Source: a virus
Lineage: Duplodnaviria; Caudoviricetes
DNA: 60,509 bases
IMG/VR virus record: IMGVR_UViG_3300037504_000266
Span: 1-60,509 of that record
Reading direction: 5' to 3' (one strand)
How positions within the stretch are numbered: position 1 is the first letter of the stretch; each line of letters begins with the position of its first letter. Below are positions 9,539 to 18,968 of this stretch, piece by piece. The position numbers and the translations under genes were made by a program. The notes under the pieces are model-generated. The model was not told the DNA's origin and searched no databases. It saw only the letters and a program-made list of their open reading frames with translations.

Positions 9539-10770
9539 ACACTCCGCTCATAAAACGGCACATTGTCGCGCTTGCGGGCCTGCCGCATATTCATGCACGC
9601 CTCCCACGCCAGCGCCAGCGCGATGACCGTGTCGTCGTGCATTCCCGCCGGGGCACCGTAGCGGAAGCGGCCCGACGGCAGTCTATCCATTGTGTACGCT
9701 TGCAGTTCCGCCATGAGCGTACCACCATGTTCCCCGCCGTCGTAAAGGCCAATCTCTTGCCGTTCAAACGCCAACGCCAACGACTCAATCAACGGTCCTT
9801 TGCTGTTCGCCGTCGTCGTGAACGGAATCACGGGCAGGCCCTCAGCCTGCAACTCTTCGATGTTCGGCCCGCCCATGCTGTTTTCTTCGGCGTAAATCGC
9901 GACGGGCTGCCACGTCGCGGCCAGCGACGCCAACCGCCCGCGCTGCACACGCCAGCCAATTTGGTTAAAGCGGTCCAGGTACACAAGCTGGCGCGTGGTA
10001 CGGTCCATCACGGCAATGGCAGTGAAGTCCTCCGACTTACCCCAATCCACGCCGAACACGTACTCGTGGTCCGGTTGGGGTGCGCGCTGCTGCGCCGTGA
10101 GGCACGCTGTCAGGTTGCGAAAGACTGCGCCGCCGTCCTCTAAGAAGGCAGCTAAATATTCCTGCTGAAACGTGCGCTCCGGCAGTAAGTGACGGGCCTC
10201 GTCAATTTCATCTGAGCTAATATAGGGGTTGGCTTCGGTGGGATACTGCCAACTGGCCCAATCCCCCCACTCCGAGTCTTGCCCCCGCAACCACGCCCGC
10301 CAAAACCAGTTGCGCCCGTTCGGGGTGCTGATGAACAGCGCGCGCCCCAGGCGGTCCGAGAGGGCCGGGCGCAAGTCCTCCTGCCATATCAGTTCGGGCA
10401 CAAACGCCGCTTCGTCAATCACCAGAAAGTCTAAGCCCTCCCCGCGTAGGCCCACGTTGGTGCTCGCCGTCTTAAAGGCAATCGTGCCCCCGCCGGGAAA
10501 CTCCATTATGCGGTCGGCGCGGCGCTCGCCCGTGCCGGGTATCTGGCGGCGCAACCGATCCACGCCACGCCATGCAATCCGGCTTACGTCATACGTGGGG
10601 GCAACCCACCACACACGCCCACCGTCGGCGGCATAGCGTACCGCCTCCCCCCCCGCCGACAGCGTCTTGCCAAAGCGACGGCCACACGCCGCTACCTTGA
10701 AGCGGGCCGGGTGTGCAATGATGTCCCACTGCGCATCATGCAGCCGGGGAAGTTCAATCGTTAGCGGCAT
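9535..10770 (-). CDS. terL: Terminase large subunit
   Basis: GRRFGKT Walker A, IDEAA Walker B, STPNG, GVDWG and HDDTVIALALA. Confidence 0.95.
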   Translation of the reverse strand: MPLTIELPRLHDAQWDIIAHPARFKVAACGRRFGKTLSAGGEAVRYAADGGRVWWVAPTYDVSRIAWRGVDRLRRQIPGTGERRADRIMEFPGGGTIAFKTASTNVGLRGEGLDFLVIDEAAFVPELIWQEDLRPALSDRLGRALFISTPNGRNWFWRAWLRGQDSEWGDWASWQYPTEANPYISSDEIDEARHLLPERTFQQEYLAAFLEDGGAVFRNLTACLTAQQRAPQPDHEYVFGVDWGKSEDFTAIAVMDRTTRQLVYLDRFNQIGWRVQRGRLASLAATWQPVAIYAEENSMGGPNIEELQAEGLPVIPFTTTANSKGPLIESLALAFERQEIGLYDGGEHGGTLMAELQAYTMDRLPSGRFRYGAPAGMHDDTVIALALAWEACMNMRQARKRDNVPFYERSV

Positions 10771-11152
10771 TAGCCCACGTCACTTTGACAGTCTGCTCAT
10801 TGCGTTCTGTCGGCTTGCCATCCAATAGCTGAAGCTTGTCTACCACAATGCCCAACACGGTGCCCAACGTGCGATAGTCGGCGTCAACGCGGGTCGTGTC
10901 CATATCGCCCAAAATGGCGTAGGCTTCATCCCTTAAGAGTTCAATAAGGGCCTTTCTTTTTTCTTGCACTAATTCGGGCGGCGCAGGATTTTGCTTTTCA
11001 CGCGCCCACCGACTCAGCGTTTGATGGGGAATGCCAAGACGCTCCGACACACGGGTTAATGCGCCGGGCTTGTCCTGAAAGTATCCTTCGCTTTCCAGGA
11101 ACAACACCGCCGTTGCGCGTTCTTCGTCCGTGTATCGACGCCGCTTCCCCAC
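10754..11152 (-). CDS. terS: Terminase small subunit (HTH)
   Basis: GTG start at 11152. HTH-like LTRVSERLGIPHQTLSRW and DKLQLLDGKPTER; upstream of terL. Confidence 0.7.
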   Translation of the reverse strand: MGKRRRYTDEERATAVLFLESEGYFQDKPGALTRVSERLGIPHQTLSRWAREKQNPAPPELVQEKRKALIELLRDEAYAILGDMDTTRVDADYRTLGTVLGIVVDKLQLLDGKPTERNEQTVKVTWANAAND

Positions 11153-11280
11153 TACACCACCGCCCCCACAATGACTGCCGCCGCAATCAGCAGCACCGCC
11201 GACAGCACGATCACCACAAGCGACAGCATCGCCATGCTGTCGCGGGCTTCCTGTTCCGGCGTTTTGCCACCATAGCTCAT
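11152..11280 (-). CDS. Small membrane peptide (42 aa), not in the ORF track
   Basis: MSYGGKTPEQEARDSMAMLSLVVIVLSAVLLIAAAVIVGAVV. Its stop abuts the terS start. Confidence 0.55.
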   Translation of the reverse strand: MSYGGKTPEQEARDSMAMLSLVVIVLSAVLLIAAAVIVGAVV

Positions 11281-11364
11281 AGTAAATCCCCACCCCACCC
11301 GCCAGCCTCGGTCAGTTCAAAATATAGGTATCGTGTGAGAACTCGTAGGCTGCGAGTTGGTCAG

Positions 11365-11431
11365 TCGCGCCGCTGGGGGTCGAACCCAGCGCGGCCCCGG
11401 CACCCGCAAGCTCGCGGACCTGCCTAGCGCG
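11365..11431 (-). ncRNA. tRNA-like element (non-decoding), copy in the late leader
   Basis: CGCGC...GGCAGG-hairpin-CGCUGGG UUCGACC CCCAGCG-GCGCG-A. Confidence 0.55.
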
Positions 11432-11601
11432 TTAACAACGGGAGCGCGTCATCTATCAACCCACTGCGAGGCTACATCCGATCCACCGCGCCCCCGGTCG
11501 TGCCGTGTCGGTGTACAGGTGCCTGCACACGGCATATACACGGCCCGCCGCGTGGCGATTGAAGTCGGTTACGTGCGGCGGGCGTATATGCCAATAGGCG
11601 C

Positions 11602-11636
11602 AAAAAGAGCGTCTATAGTCTAGTATAGACGCTCTT
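11602..11636 (-). terminator. Intrinsic terminator upstream of the late operon
   Basis: 13-bp perfect stem AAGAGCGTCTATA/TATAGACGCTCTT with a U tract on the minus strand. Confidence 0.75.
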
Positions 11637-11676
11637 AGACATCCTGTGTAGTCTCTAATATTATGCGATAGAATTA

Positions 11677-11931
11677 TCAGATAGTCCTATCGCCTGCGTA
11701 TTCCGCCGGAGCATACCACTCCGCCCCTACAACGCACAGCTTGCTATCTTCCTGTTTGAGCCGCCCCTCGATGATCAGTTTCATGACGTGGTGGTAGGCC
11801 GTCGCGTAGGCCATCCCCATGTCGTGTGCGATCTCATTAATGGACGGCGTTGGGCCATCCTTGCCCCCGGCGTAATCGCAGATGAACGCCATAATCTCAT
11901 CTCGCCGCGTGGGGTTGCTATTCTGTGCCAT
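11677..11931 (-). CDS. LexA-like winged-HTH regulator
   Basis: EIMAFICDY...PTPSINEIAHDMGMAYATAYHHVMKL. Confidence 0.7.
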   Translation of the reverse strand: MAQNSNPTRRDEIMAFICDYAGGKDGPTPSINEIAHDMGMAYATAYHHVMKLIIEGRLKQEDSKLCVVGAEWYAPAEYAGDRTI

Positions 11932-12358
11932 CGTCTACCATCCTCTCCCACACCTGCCGCTGCTCAGCCTCGTCTATTTCGGTGAACCGCCAGCCCGGAA
12001 CGTCATCAAATAGTTGCCCCTTAGTAACCACACGAAAGCCTACCAGCATAGGACCCGCCCAAGTTGGCACGTCTATGATGGTATCCGCGTCAACCACAAA
12101 ATGAGCGGGCACTATATCAACGGGCCATCCAATAGCCGCCAACTGTTCCGTCTGCATCATTTTTCCCTTTTCCTCAGCCAGTTTTATCAATTCGCGCAGG
12201 CAGTCTAGACATAGGTACTTGCCTATAAGCACATCATCGCCGTGAAATGTCAGGTCTACTACCGGACCGACGGCTTCGCACCGAACACATACTTCATCCG
12301 GCCAATAGAATACGCTCACGGTATCGGTCTGCCATAGCCTGTTATCGACTCGTGCCAT
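11918..12358 (-). CDS. Hypothetical protein with two CxxC motifs
   Basis: CVRC and CLDC; flanked by a 34-bp direct repeat. Confidence 0.6.
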   Translation of the reverse strand: MARVDNRLWQTDTVSVFYWPDEVCVRCEAVGPVVDLTFHGDDVLIGKYLCLDCLRELIKLAEEKGKMMQTEQLAAIGWPVDIVPAHFVVDADTIIDVPTWAGPMLVGFRVVTKGQLFDDVPGWRFTEIDEAEQRQVWERMVDDGTE

Positions 12359-12385
12359 CGTCTACCATCCTCTCCCATACTTGCC
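11925..12385. repeat. 34-bp direct repeat (11925-11958 and 12352-12385)
   Basis: GTGCCATCGTCTACCATCCTCTCCCA identical (26 bp), then cacctgcc vs tacttgcc. Confidence 0.9.
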
Positions 12386-12396
12386 ACAGTCCCGCC

Positions 12397-13420
12397 TCAT
12401 GATGTGTCCCAATCCTGCAAATTCGCCGTTATCTCATCTATCGAAATACCCATAGACTGCGAAACGATACGTATTGCTTCGGCATATCGCGCGTTGAGTA
12501 TCTCTGAGCGCGGTCTCGGCGGCGTGCTCTGCTCTTCGGCCAACAGGCAAATCGCATCAAACACGCGATCCCGTCCAGTGGTGGCGTAGCGGTCGTCAGT
12601 CGGTGACATCGTCGCCCCCGTCTCCCTGTGCTTGCTCATACATCATCCTGAACAGCGCGTTAAACTCTGCTGTCGTCATGGCATCTGTCCCTGATGCATC
12701 AGGCGGAATCCACAGACGCTCGGCCCTGATAATGGCATCCGACTCGCTCTCGCGCATCCGGTCCACAATCGCCGTGCGTTGAACGTCTGTCAGGATACCA
12801 AGAACGTCGTCCCCCTCAAGCCATGCCAGCAGGCTGCGCCAGAGGTCCTGGTAGTTCATTGTTCCTCTCCTTGTACCGTAAACGCATGAGGCACATACCC
12901 CGACCCTATTTGCCGATACCACACCCGCACGCGGCCCGTGCGCAGCAATGGCAGGTAGTACGCCGCCGTGCTGGGTGCAAAAAAGGACGCAATCCACGCC
13001 AGGCGGTCGTCGGTCGAGAGCGCATTGATAGCAGGCAGTGATAGCGGTTGCGAGTTAGTCATCATCGTCGCTCTCGCTCAAGTCGCGCTGCCAGCCCGCA
13101 ATCTCAGATGGCGTCATGCCCGCACTCAACAGAATGTTAACAACTTCTGGATCGTCCGGGTGAACCGCTAGCATTGTGTAGGCATCTGCATTCCACCGAT
13201 CACGCCCTGTCCCCGGCTTTCCTCGTGTGTGCGGCGGCCAGTCCTCGCACGCTGCCCGTATCTTGCCATCAATTGTACGCTCGACCTCTTCCATCATGAT
13301 CGCACGCAATTCGACCCGAATTTCGTCCTCGGTGGCGTCGTATACCAATAAATGATCAACCACCGTCGAAAAAAGGGCATACTTGCCATTCGGCTGCTTA
13401 ATCACCCGCATTGCCATCAT
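12397..13420 (-). other. Run of small hypothetical CDSs (12397-12639, 12596-12859, 12856-13065, 13055-13420)
   Basis: Overlapping start/stop coupling and GGAG RBS sites. Confidence 0.55.
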
Positions 13421-13764
13421 TCTTCCTTTCCATCGCCCCGCTTCCACCACGCGCACCACGCCAGCGCCAGCGCGCGGGCGGGTGTCTCGGCGACCTCTTC
13501 CACGCACATATAGTCGTATTCATTCGGAGTACCGCGCTCAATAATGGCGATATGATCCGCCCCCTGCTCGCCGGGCTGCAATGTCCAGTCAAGACCGCGA
13601 ACAAGGCCCCACGCTGCGTTAAGATCGCGGGCAACGGGCGGATACCCCCACCGGGGCATTGCACCGGGCGGGTGTTGTGCTTCCCAAATTAAACGCTCCA
13701 ACACCACATCAGGCAATGCCCGTAAGTCAGCCATGCTTAACGTGTAAATGGTGTCACTCGTCAT
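13417..13764 (-). CDS. Phage ABA-sandwich (BC1872-like) protein
   Basis: PPVARDLNAAWGLV...AETPARALALA pattern; paralog at 37114. Confidence 0.55.
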   Translation of the reverse strand: MTSDTIYTLSMADLRALPDVVLERLIWEAQHPPGAMPRWGYPPVARDLNAAWGLVRGLDWTLQPGEQGADHIAIIERGTPNEYDYMCVEEVAETPARALALAWCAWWKRGDGKEE

Positions 13765-14032
13765 TGTGCACCCCCAGCATATCCCCCGGCGGTGTCCAGT
13801 TCATCCGCAGCCAGTCCAGCACGCGCGGATCATCGGCGGCCAGGACTTCATACCCGGCGAACAGCACGCGCGGGGCGAACGTGCCCCCCATATCTTCGAG
13901 GCCCGTCACGCGATAGCGCTTCACCCGAAAGAAACGCTCGGCTGGAACGGCGGTATCGCGCCCTTCCAGGTCAGCGGGCAACATCAGGCTGCTTTCGATA
14001 ATGTCACCAATGGTGTATTGTGTCTCGCTCAT
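13754..14032 (-). CDS. Hypothetical protein
   Basis: AGGAG RBS before MSETQYTIG. Confidence 0.55.
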   Translation of the reverse strand: MSETQYTIGDIIESSLMLPADLEGRDTAVPAERFFRVKRYRVTGLEDMGGTFAPRVLFAGYEVLAADDPRVLDWLRMNWTPPGDMLGVHNDE

Positions 14033-14073
14033 GTTGTCTCCTGTCTCGCGGCGTCGGGCCGCGTGGCGTATCA

Positions 14074-14349
14074 TCAACTCCGTAGTTGCTTCTTAGCCTT
14101 ATCCCAATACGTTCGACTTATCTCAACACCCATCGGGCGTACTGTTGCAGACAGCGTGCGTCCTGACTTTTTGCGATCTTCCCGATGCTCTTTTAGCCAC
14201 TGTGTCGCCAACTCCAACTTAGATGGCGTGGCAACGGGTATCGTGTCTCTTTTCCCCTCAGATGGCAAATCTTTTGCCACTTTTGCCACCGTTTGCTGCT
14301 GTAGAACCGCCGCCAAAATGTCACGCAATAGGCTATTTGTTTCGTCCAT
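14074..14349 (-). CDS. Small basic HTH-like protein, possibly a frameshift-fused C-terminus of 14355-15353
   Basis: ATQWLKEH...SGRTLSAT...ISRTYWDKAKK; no SD visible. Confidence 0.55.
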   Translation of the reverse strand: MDETNSLLRDILAAVLQQQTVAKVAKDLPSEGKRDTIPVATPSKLELATQWLKEHREDRKKSGRTLSATVRPMGVEISRTYWDKAKKQLRS

Positions 14350-14354
14350 GTCTA

Positions 14355-15353
14355 CTACTGTTCGCGCTGGCTTTGTGCTTTCTGTTGGCGGTCCTGCGCA
14401 CGACGAATTAGCGCCATAAGGTATAGCGCCTCGGCCCGGTCCATCTCTGCCGAATAGTCGCCCGCCGATCCACCTGATAAAAAATCCGCGCTCCCGTCCG
14501 GCACCAACTGAACATAGCGATCATACGTCAAAACAATCACAAAATGCAGACTGGACAGCAGCGCCACCGTCAACGCACCACCACCTAGCCAGTTGATGAA
14601 CGTTTGTAAGTCGCTCTCAACTGCCAGCTTACGAATAGCCTCATGCCACGCTTGCCCGTCTGGTTTTGACCAAATAGCAATCTCGTCGTGTAATGCGCCA
14701 GCGGTGCCCAGTAGCACAATCATCACGGCCAAGAAGCCAATCGCGCCGCGCAGCATTTCGTATTGCCCCTTATACCGAGCTTGCCAACCGCGCCCCCAAC
14801 CAATCCAATAAGCCAGAGTACTCGCCCACAGGCGCAGTGACCACACCGCGCGCTGACGGTTGGGGTCTTCGTGTAACTTCTGCGCCTGAATAAACAACAA
14901 CAGCATATAGGTCGTCACGGCTACCGCGCTCATTAGCCCAGCCCGGTCAGGATCGAAGGGCTTGATACCCGCCTTTACGCGCTGATATTCTGCTACGCCC
15001 AACCCCAACACGGCCACCGGCAGGAATACATAGGACAACACCAGGGTCACAGCCAACAAAATTACATGACCCATAACCTGAATGATCCGCCGGAACCATA
15101 TATAAAATTTTTCAACGCGCCCCCGATTCGTTTCAACCGCCTTGACCTTTGCCTGAGTACGGATCGCGGCAATTTTATCTTGGCGGGCAGGCGCATAATA
15201 GTCCATACCCAAATCAACTAATTCTTGGCGTAGTTCGTCCAACGTCAAGTCGTCTAATTCGGGTCCGAAGGCCTCCGCGACTAGCGGACTATGCCCATTT
15301 CTATTTGCATCGAACTCCTGTTTCATGATATAATTCACCTTGTCCTGGGCCAA
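14355..15353 (-). CDS. Multi-pass membrane protein
   Basis: Four to five hydrophobic segments. Confidence 0.75.
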   Translation of the reverse strand: MAQDKVNYIMKQEFDANRNGHSPLVAEAFGPELDDLTLDELRQELVDLGMDYYAPARQDKIAAIRTQAKVKAVETNRGRVEKFYIWFRRIIQVMGHVILLAVTLVLSYVFLPVAVLGLGVAEYQRVKAGIKPFDPDRAGLMSAVAVTTYMLLLFIQAQKLHEDPNRQRAVWSLRLWASTLAYWIGWGRGWQARYKGQYEMLRGAIGFLAVMIVLLGTAGALHDEIAIWSKPDGQAWHEAIRKLAVESDLQTFINWLGGGALTVALLSSLHFVIVLTYDRYVQLVPDGSADFLSGGSAGDYSAEMDRAEALYLMALIRRAQDRQQKAQSQREQ

Positions 15354-15548
15354 AGGGGGCGTGCCCCCGGCGGCCTGCTTTTATTTACTCACGCGACGCC
15401 TTCCGCCGCCGCATACCCCGCCGCGCGGCCACGCACGACCGGCACGGCTGCACTACGTCGCCATTCGCGCGGCGGTAGAAGCCGGGCAGCGTCTTGGTGC
15501 GCCCACATTGCGTGCAGACAGCAACCCCAATAGCATAACGCCGCAAGT

Positions 15549-15857
15549 CTACCATGCGGCCTCCCGCAGCTCATCTCGCGCCATGCGCAACATACGCTCG
15601 ACATATTCCAGCGCCAGTCCCTTTGCGATATTGGGCGTCATGCCGCGCTTCGGCGTGCGTCCCCACACCTGCCAGGGGTCAAGGTTCAGCACGTTGCACA
15701 ACGACATAACAGCGTCAAAGGTGGGCGCGTGGATATTCCGCTCAATGGTGCCAATCGTAGACTGCGGTATGCCCGTCATAGCTTCAAGATCGCGCTGTCG
15801 CAACCCACGCTCCAACCGCGCTGCCCGGATCACATCACCGGGTGTTAAATCATTCAC
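15549..15857 (-). CDS. XRE/Cro-C1 HTH regulator
   Basis: IRAARLERGLRQRDLEAMTGIPQSTIGTIERN; GTG start with GGAGG RBS. Confidence 0.85.
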   Translation of the reverse strand: MNDLTPGDVIRAARLERGLRQRDLEAMTGIPQSTIGTIERNIHAPTFDAVMSLCNVLNLDPWQVWGRTPKRGMTPNIAKGLALEYVERMLRMARDELREAAW

Positions 15858-16093
15858 CGCGCCGCCTCCGGTTCGTCTGCGTCCGCCCCATCGACCACAT
15901 GCACGCCGTCCCATCCATGTTGGAGCGCATACTGCGCACCCTGTACTAATGTATGCAACTCCGCACCGTTTACATAGGTGACAGTATACCAGTCGCCATA
16001 GTGCTCTGCGGCGCGGCGGGCGGCGCGTTCGAGTCTCGCCAGCTTATCGGGCGCGGCAATGTAATCATCTGCGGGCAATGATGTCTTCGTCAT
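15854..16093 (-). CDS. Hypothetical protein
   Basis: ATGA coupling with the phosphoesterase gene. Confidence 0.5.
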   Translation of the reverse strand: MTKTSLPADDYIAAPDKLARLERAARRAAEHYGDWYTVTYVNGAELHTLVQGAQYALQHGWDGVHVVDGADADEPEAAR

Positions 16094-17148
16094 ACTGCTG
16101 CTGTCTCCTGTTCCCATCGCGTCCAATCCATCATGTTGTACTGTGGCGGGGTGAACAATGTCCCCACGCCGTTTTTGAGCAACACAAACCCGTTATTCAT
16201 AGCGGGCGACGTGTTGCTATCCAGTTGCACGTAGGCCATAAGACGACTATCATGCAAGCCGCCACTATCAATAAGCGTGTGTTGGTTCGACGGATCGCGT
16301 CCTACCGCGCTATGATGCTGATGCGCCGTGATGATATTTGTGTGATGTCGTTCTGCCAGACGCCGCGCTACGGACAGCGGGTTTTTGCTGTAGTTGCGCT
16401 GGTGCGCGAGATACCACATTTGCCCGCCACTTGTCACGCGACACCACGAGTACATACTAAACTGCACACGGTCATTATCCGCCACCATGCGCCGAAACTG
16501 GTCGGCGTGTAGCTGGCCCCGGAGCGACAACAGCAATCGATTCTCATGGTTGCCACGCAGCAGGTGAATAGTATCAAAATGCTGTGCCATATGGCGCAAC
16601 CACGCCCGCGCATACTCCAATTCATCGGATAGCGGCGTACACAGCACCAAGTCATCCCACCGACTGAGGGCGTCGCCGTTAATCAGATCGCCTACGATAA
16701 TGCACTGGCGGGGGCGGGGCAAATAGTCCTTCGCAATCTCAACCGCCTTGTTTGCAAAGGCCCAATTCGTAGCCGGAATATGCACGTCGTTGAGCACCAG
16801 GAAGTCGCCCGTTAAATGCCATGCACCCGTGAACCGGGGTACTGCCCGCGTCGGCAGTTCGCCCCGGTATTCCTCAGACTTGACACTAAATCCCGTTGAC
16901 ACACCCTCCCGCTTGTGCGATACTCTGTCATGCTTGCCGTCTTCGCCCTGGGCGGCGTGGGATACGTCCGGGGCGGGGGCGTATTTATGCCGCCAGTCGT
17001 ATACCAGCCGCGCCACTGTCCCCCGTGTAGTGCCCCAGTCCTGAGCAATGAGCGGGAAACTAAGACCGCCCCGGTTCGTATCATAGGCCAACTTGCACAG
17101 GTCCGGGATGGTTAGTCCGCGCTGTGCCGCCAGTTCATCCCGGCTCAT
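16090..17148 (-). CDS. Calcineurin-like metallophosphoesterase with N-terminal HTH-like segment
   Basis: DVH, GDLINGD, GNHE and AHQH motifs. Confidence 0.85.
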   Translation of the reverse strand: MSRDELAAQRGLTIPDLCKLAYDTNRGGLSFPLIAQDWGTTRGTVARLVYDWRHKYAPAPDVSHAAQGEDGKHDRVSHKREGVSTGFSVKSEEYRGELPTRAVPRFTGAWHLTGDFLVLNDVHIPATNWAFANKAVEIAKDYLPRPRQCIIVGDLINGDALSRWDDLVLCTPLSDELEYARAWLRHMAQHFDTIHLLRGNHENRLLLSLRGQLHADQFRRMVADNDRVQFSMYSWCRVTSGGQMWYLAHQRNYSKNPLSVARRLAERHHTNIITAHQHHSAVGRDPSNQHTLIDSGGLHDSRLMAYVQLDSNTSPAMNNGFVLLKNGVGTLFTPPQYNMMDWTRWEQETAAV

Positions 17149-17501
17149 CGGTTGTCCCCACTTCCGCCAATCACCCCGCGCCGCTGGCGGTCCGCCAACT
17201 TCGCAAGGTTGGCAGCGGCAATGTCGGACAAATCAAATCCGTTGTGATGTGCGACACAGGCCACAAACCATAAAATGTCGCCCAGTTCCTTGCACATGAT
17301 ATCCTCTGATACCGTGCCGTCATAATCGCGGATTGCCTTTGCAATATGCTGCATCAGTTCGCCTACTTCGCCTATCAGACCATATAACAGGTATTCGTCA
17401 TTCTGCGCACTCGGTAGCGTAGTAGACCAGGCTCGCGCCTGATATTCCCCAAATGTTAGCCCCCGATGCGATCTGCTGTCGCTTGTGCTAAAGTTCCCCA
17501 C
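17145..17501 (-). CDS. MazG-like nucleotide pyrophosphohydrolase
   Basis: GLIGEVGE...KELGDILWF...NLAKLADR. Confidence 0.9.
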   Translation of the reverse strand: MGNFSTSDSRSHRGLTFGEYQARAWSTTLPSAQNDEYLLYGLIGEVGELMQHIAKAIRDYDGTVSEDIMCKELGDILWFVACVAHHNGFDLSDIAAANLAKLADRQRRGVIGGSGDNR

Positions 17502-17502
17502 C

Positions 17503-17790
17503 TTATCGCTCCTGTTCTAGTCGCAAAATATACCGTGCCAATACTGGCTCAATACGTCCCGCCGCATCCACCGGATCACATCGTACCCACCTCCTCATCC
17601 ACGCATCAACCGCTGCCGGGCGATCTGTGGGCTGATCCTGTGTCAGGCATACCCGCCCCCGCCGGATCAAGTCTAACATGCGCGCATTGTCTACCACATA
17701 CCCGCAACTTATGCACTTCAGTTCGCCGAACGGCGATACTGTCAACGGGTGCTGGCAGCCAGGGCATAACGGATTAGAATGGGAAGTCAT
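17503..17790 (-). CDS. Zinc-ribbon protein
   Basis: CPGC...CISC. Confidence 0.55.
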   Translation of the reverse strand: MTSHSNPLCPGCQHPLTVSPFGELKCISCGYVVDNARMLDLIRRGRVCLTQDQPTDRPAAVDAWMRRWVRCDPVDAAGRIEPVLARYILRLEQER

Positions 17791-18157
17791 CTGCTTCCTC
17801 CTTGCCACCGGGCGCGGCGTGTGTCTCGCCCCGCCGTCCCAGGAATTGCACGTCCAACGCCGTTAGTTCCAGCCCGGCGCGTGGTTCGCCATCCTGTCCG
17901 GTATACGCGCTGGCACCAATACGCCCCGCCACCATGATCTGCATTCCCTTATGGACGTACTGGTTGCACGTCTCTGCCAACCCGCGCCACGCGCTGACTC
18001 GGAACCACGTTACTTCCTCGCGTTGTTCCCCGTCCTGTGTCCAGGTACGGTTGACGGCCACGCTAAAACCACACACCGCGACGCCGCTCTGCGTATAGCG
18101 CAGTTCGGGATCGCGCCCGACGTTACCGATGATCATGATATGTTGATATCCTGCCAT
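17774..18157 (-). CDS. ssb: Single-stranded DNA-binding protein
   Basis: IIGNVGRDPELRYTQSG and C-terminal DDFPF. Confidence 0.95.
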   Translation of the reverse strand: MAGYQHIMIIGNVGRDPELRYTQSGVAVCGFSVAVNRTWTQDGEQREEVTWFRVSAWRGLAETCNQYVHKGMQIMVAGRIGASAYTGQDGEPRAGLELTALDVQFLGRRGETHAAPGGKEEADDFPF

Positions 18158-18372
18158 TAGTCCCTATCTCCCTTCGCTTTTGCCTTGCTCAACACATACC
18201 CAAAATAGCTCGTGCGGCGCGGGGCGTCCTCCCCGCAGCTCAAACTCCGTAGCCACTGCCGCGCTACCGCGCGCGCGACAACGCGCTCGGCGGGCGTCTT
18301 GCCTAATTCCGATGGCGTCCATAGCCACTGGCAGGGCGGGTAGGCTAACCGTACCTTTCGTTTCGTATTCAT
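18157..18372 (-). CDS. Hypothetical protein
   Basis: Coupled ORF in the operon. Confidence 0.45.
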   Translation of the reverse strand: MNTKRKVRLAYPPCQWLWTPSELGKTPAERVVARAVARQWLRSLSCGEDAPRRTSYFGYVLSKAKAKGDRD

Positions 18373-18968
18373 GCTGCCTCCTCGTGTGCAGGTACCTGCA
18401 CATCGTCCGAACGTGTCTCGTCATATACCGTCTTACGTACCGAGATTTGCACCTCATCCCCGCGCGCCACCTGGTCCGCCGCGCTCTCTGGCACGGGCAA
18501 CCAGAGCTTGCCCGCGAACTCCACTACATGCACCGTCTCGGCCCGGCACACCGTGACAATCTCCACCGCATCACGCGACTCTATCCCTGTTGCCCAGGCA
18601 TATTGATCGCGCAGCTCCGCGCCGCCGAGCTGTTCCGCTTGGGCCTTGAGCAGCCAGCCCTCCGGGTCGTCGGTCCCGGCGGCGGCTAAAAAGACTTCGT
18701 AATCCACCTCGATCTCGCGTAGTTGCGCGTCTTCAAATGTGCGCGCCACCTTCATACGGTTGTACGCTACGCGACGGCTGAGGCCGCCCGCCATGCCCGC
18801 CAGATCGCGGAGTAGGTGTCCCTTTGTGGCATAGCCCAGATAGGCCAGTTGCTCCGGCTGCATCGCCGCCAGCAAAACATCACCCTGCGCAAACAGCGCG
18901 GCGTTCTGGTGCTCAATCGTGAGCACGATCCGACTGACGATTTCCTCCAAACTCATGTAGTCCGTCAT
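18369..18968 (-). CDS. Hypothetical helical, possibly DNA-binding protein
   Basis: HTH-like GLSRRVAYNRMKVARTF; coupled ORF. Confidence 0.6.
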   Translation of the reverse strand: MTDYMSLEEIVSRIVLTIEHQNAALFAQGDVLLAAMQPEQLAYLGYATKGHLLRDLAGMAGGLSRRVAYNRMKVARTFEDAQLREIEVDYEVFLAAAGTDDPEGWLLKAQAEQLGGAELRDQYAWATGIESRDAVEIVTVCRAETVHVVEFAGKLWLPVPESAADQVARGDEVQISVRKTVYDETRSDDVQVPAHEEAA

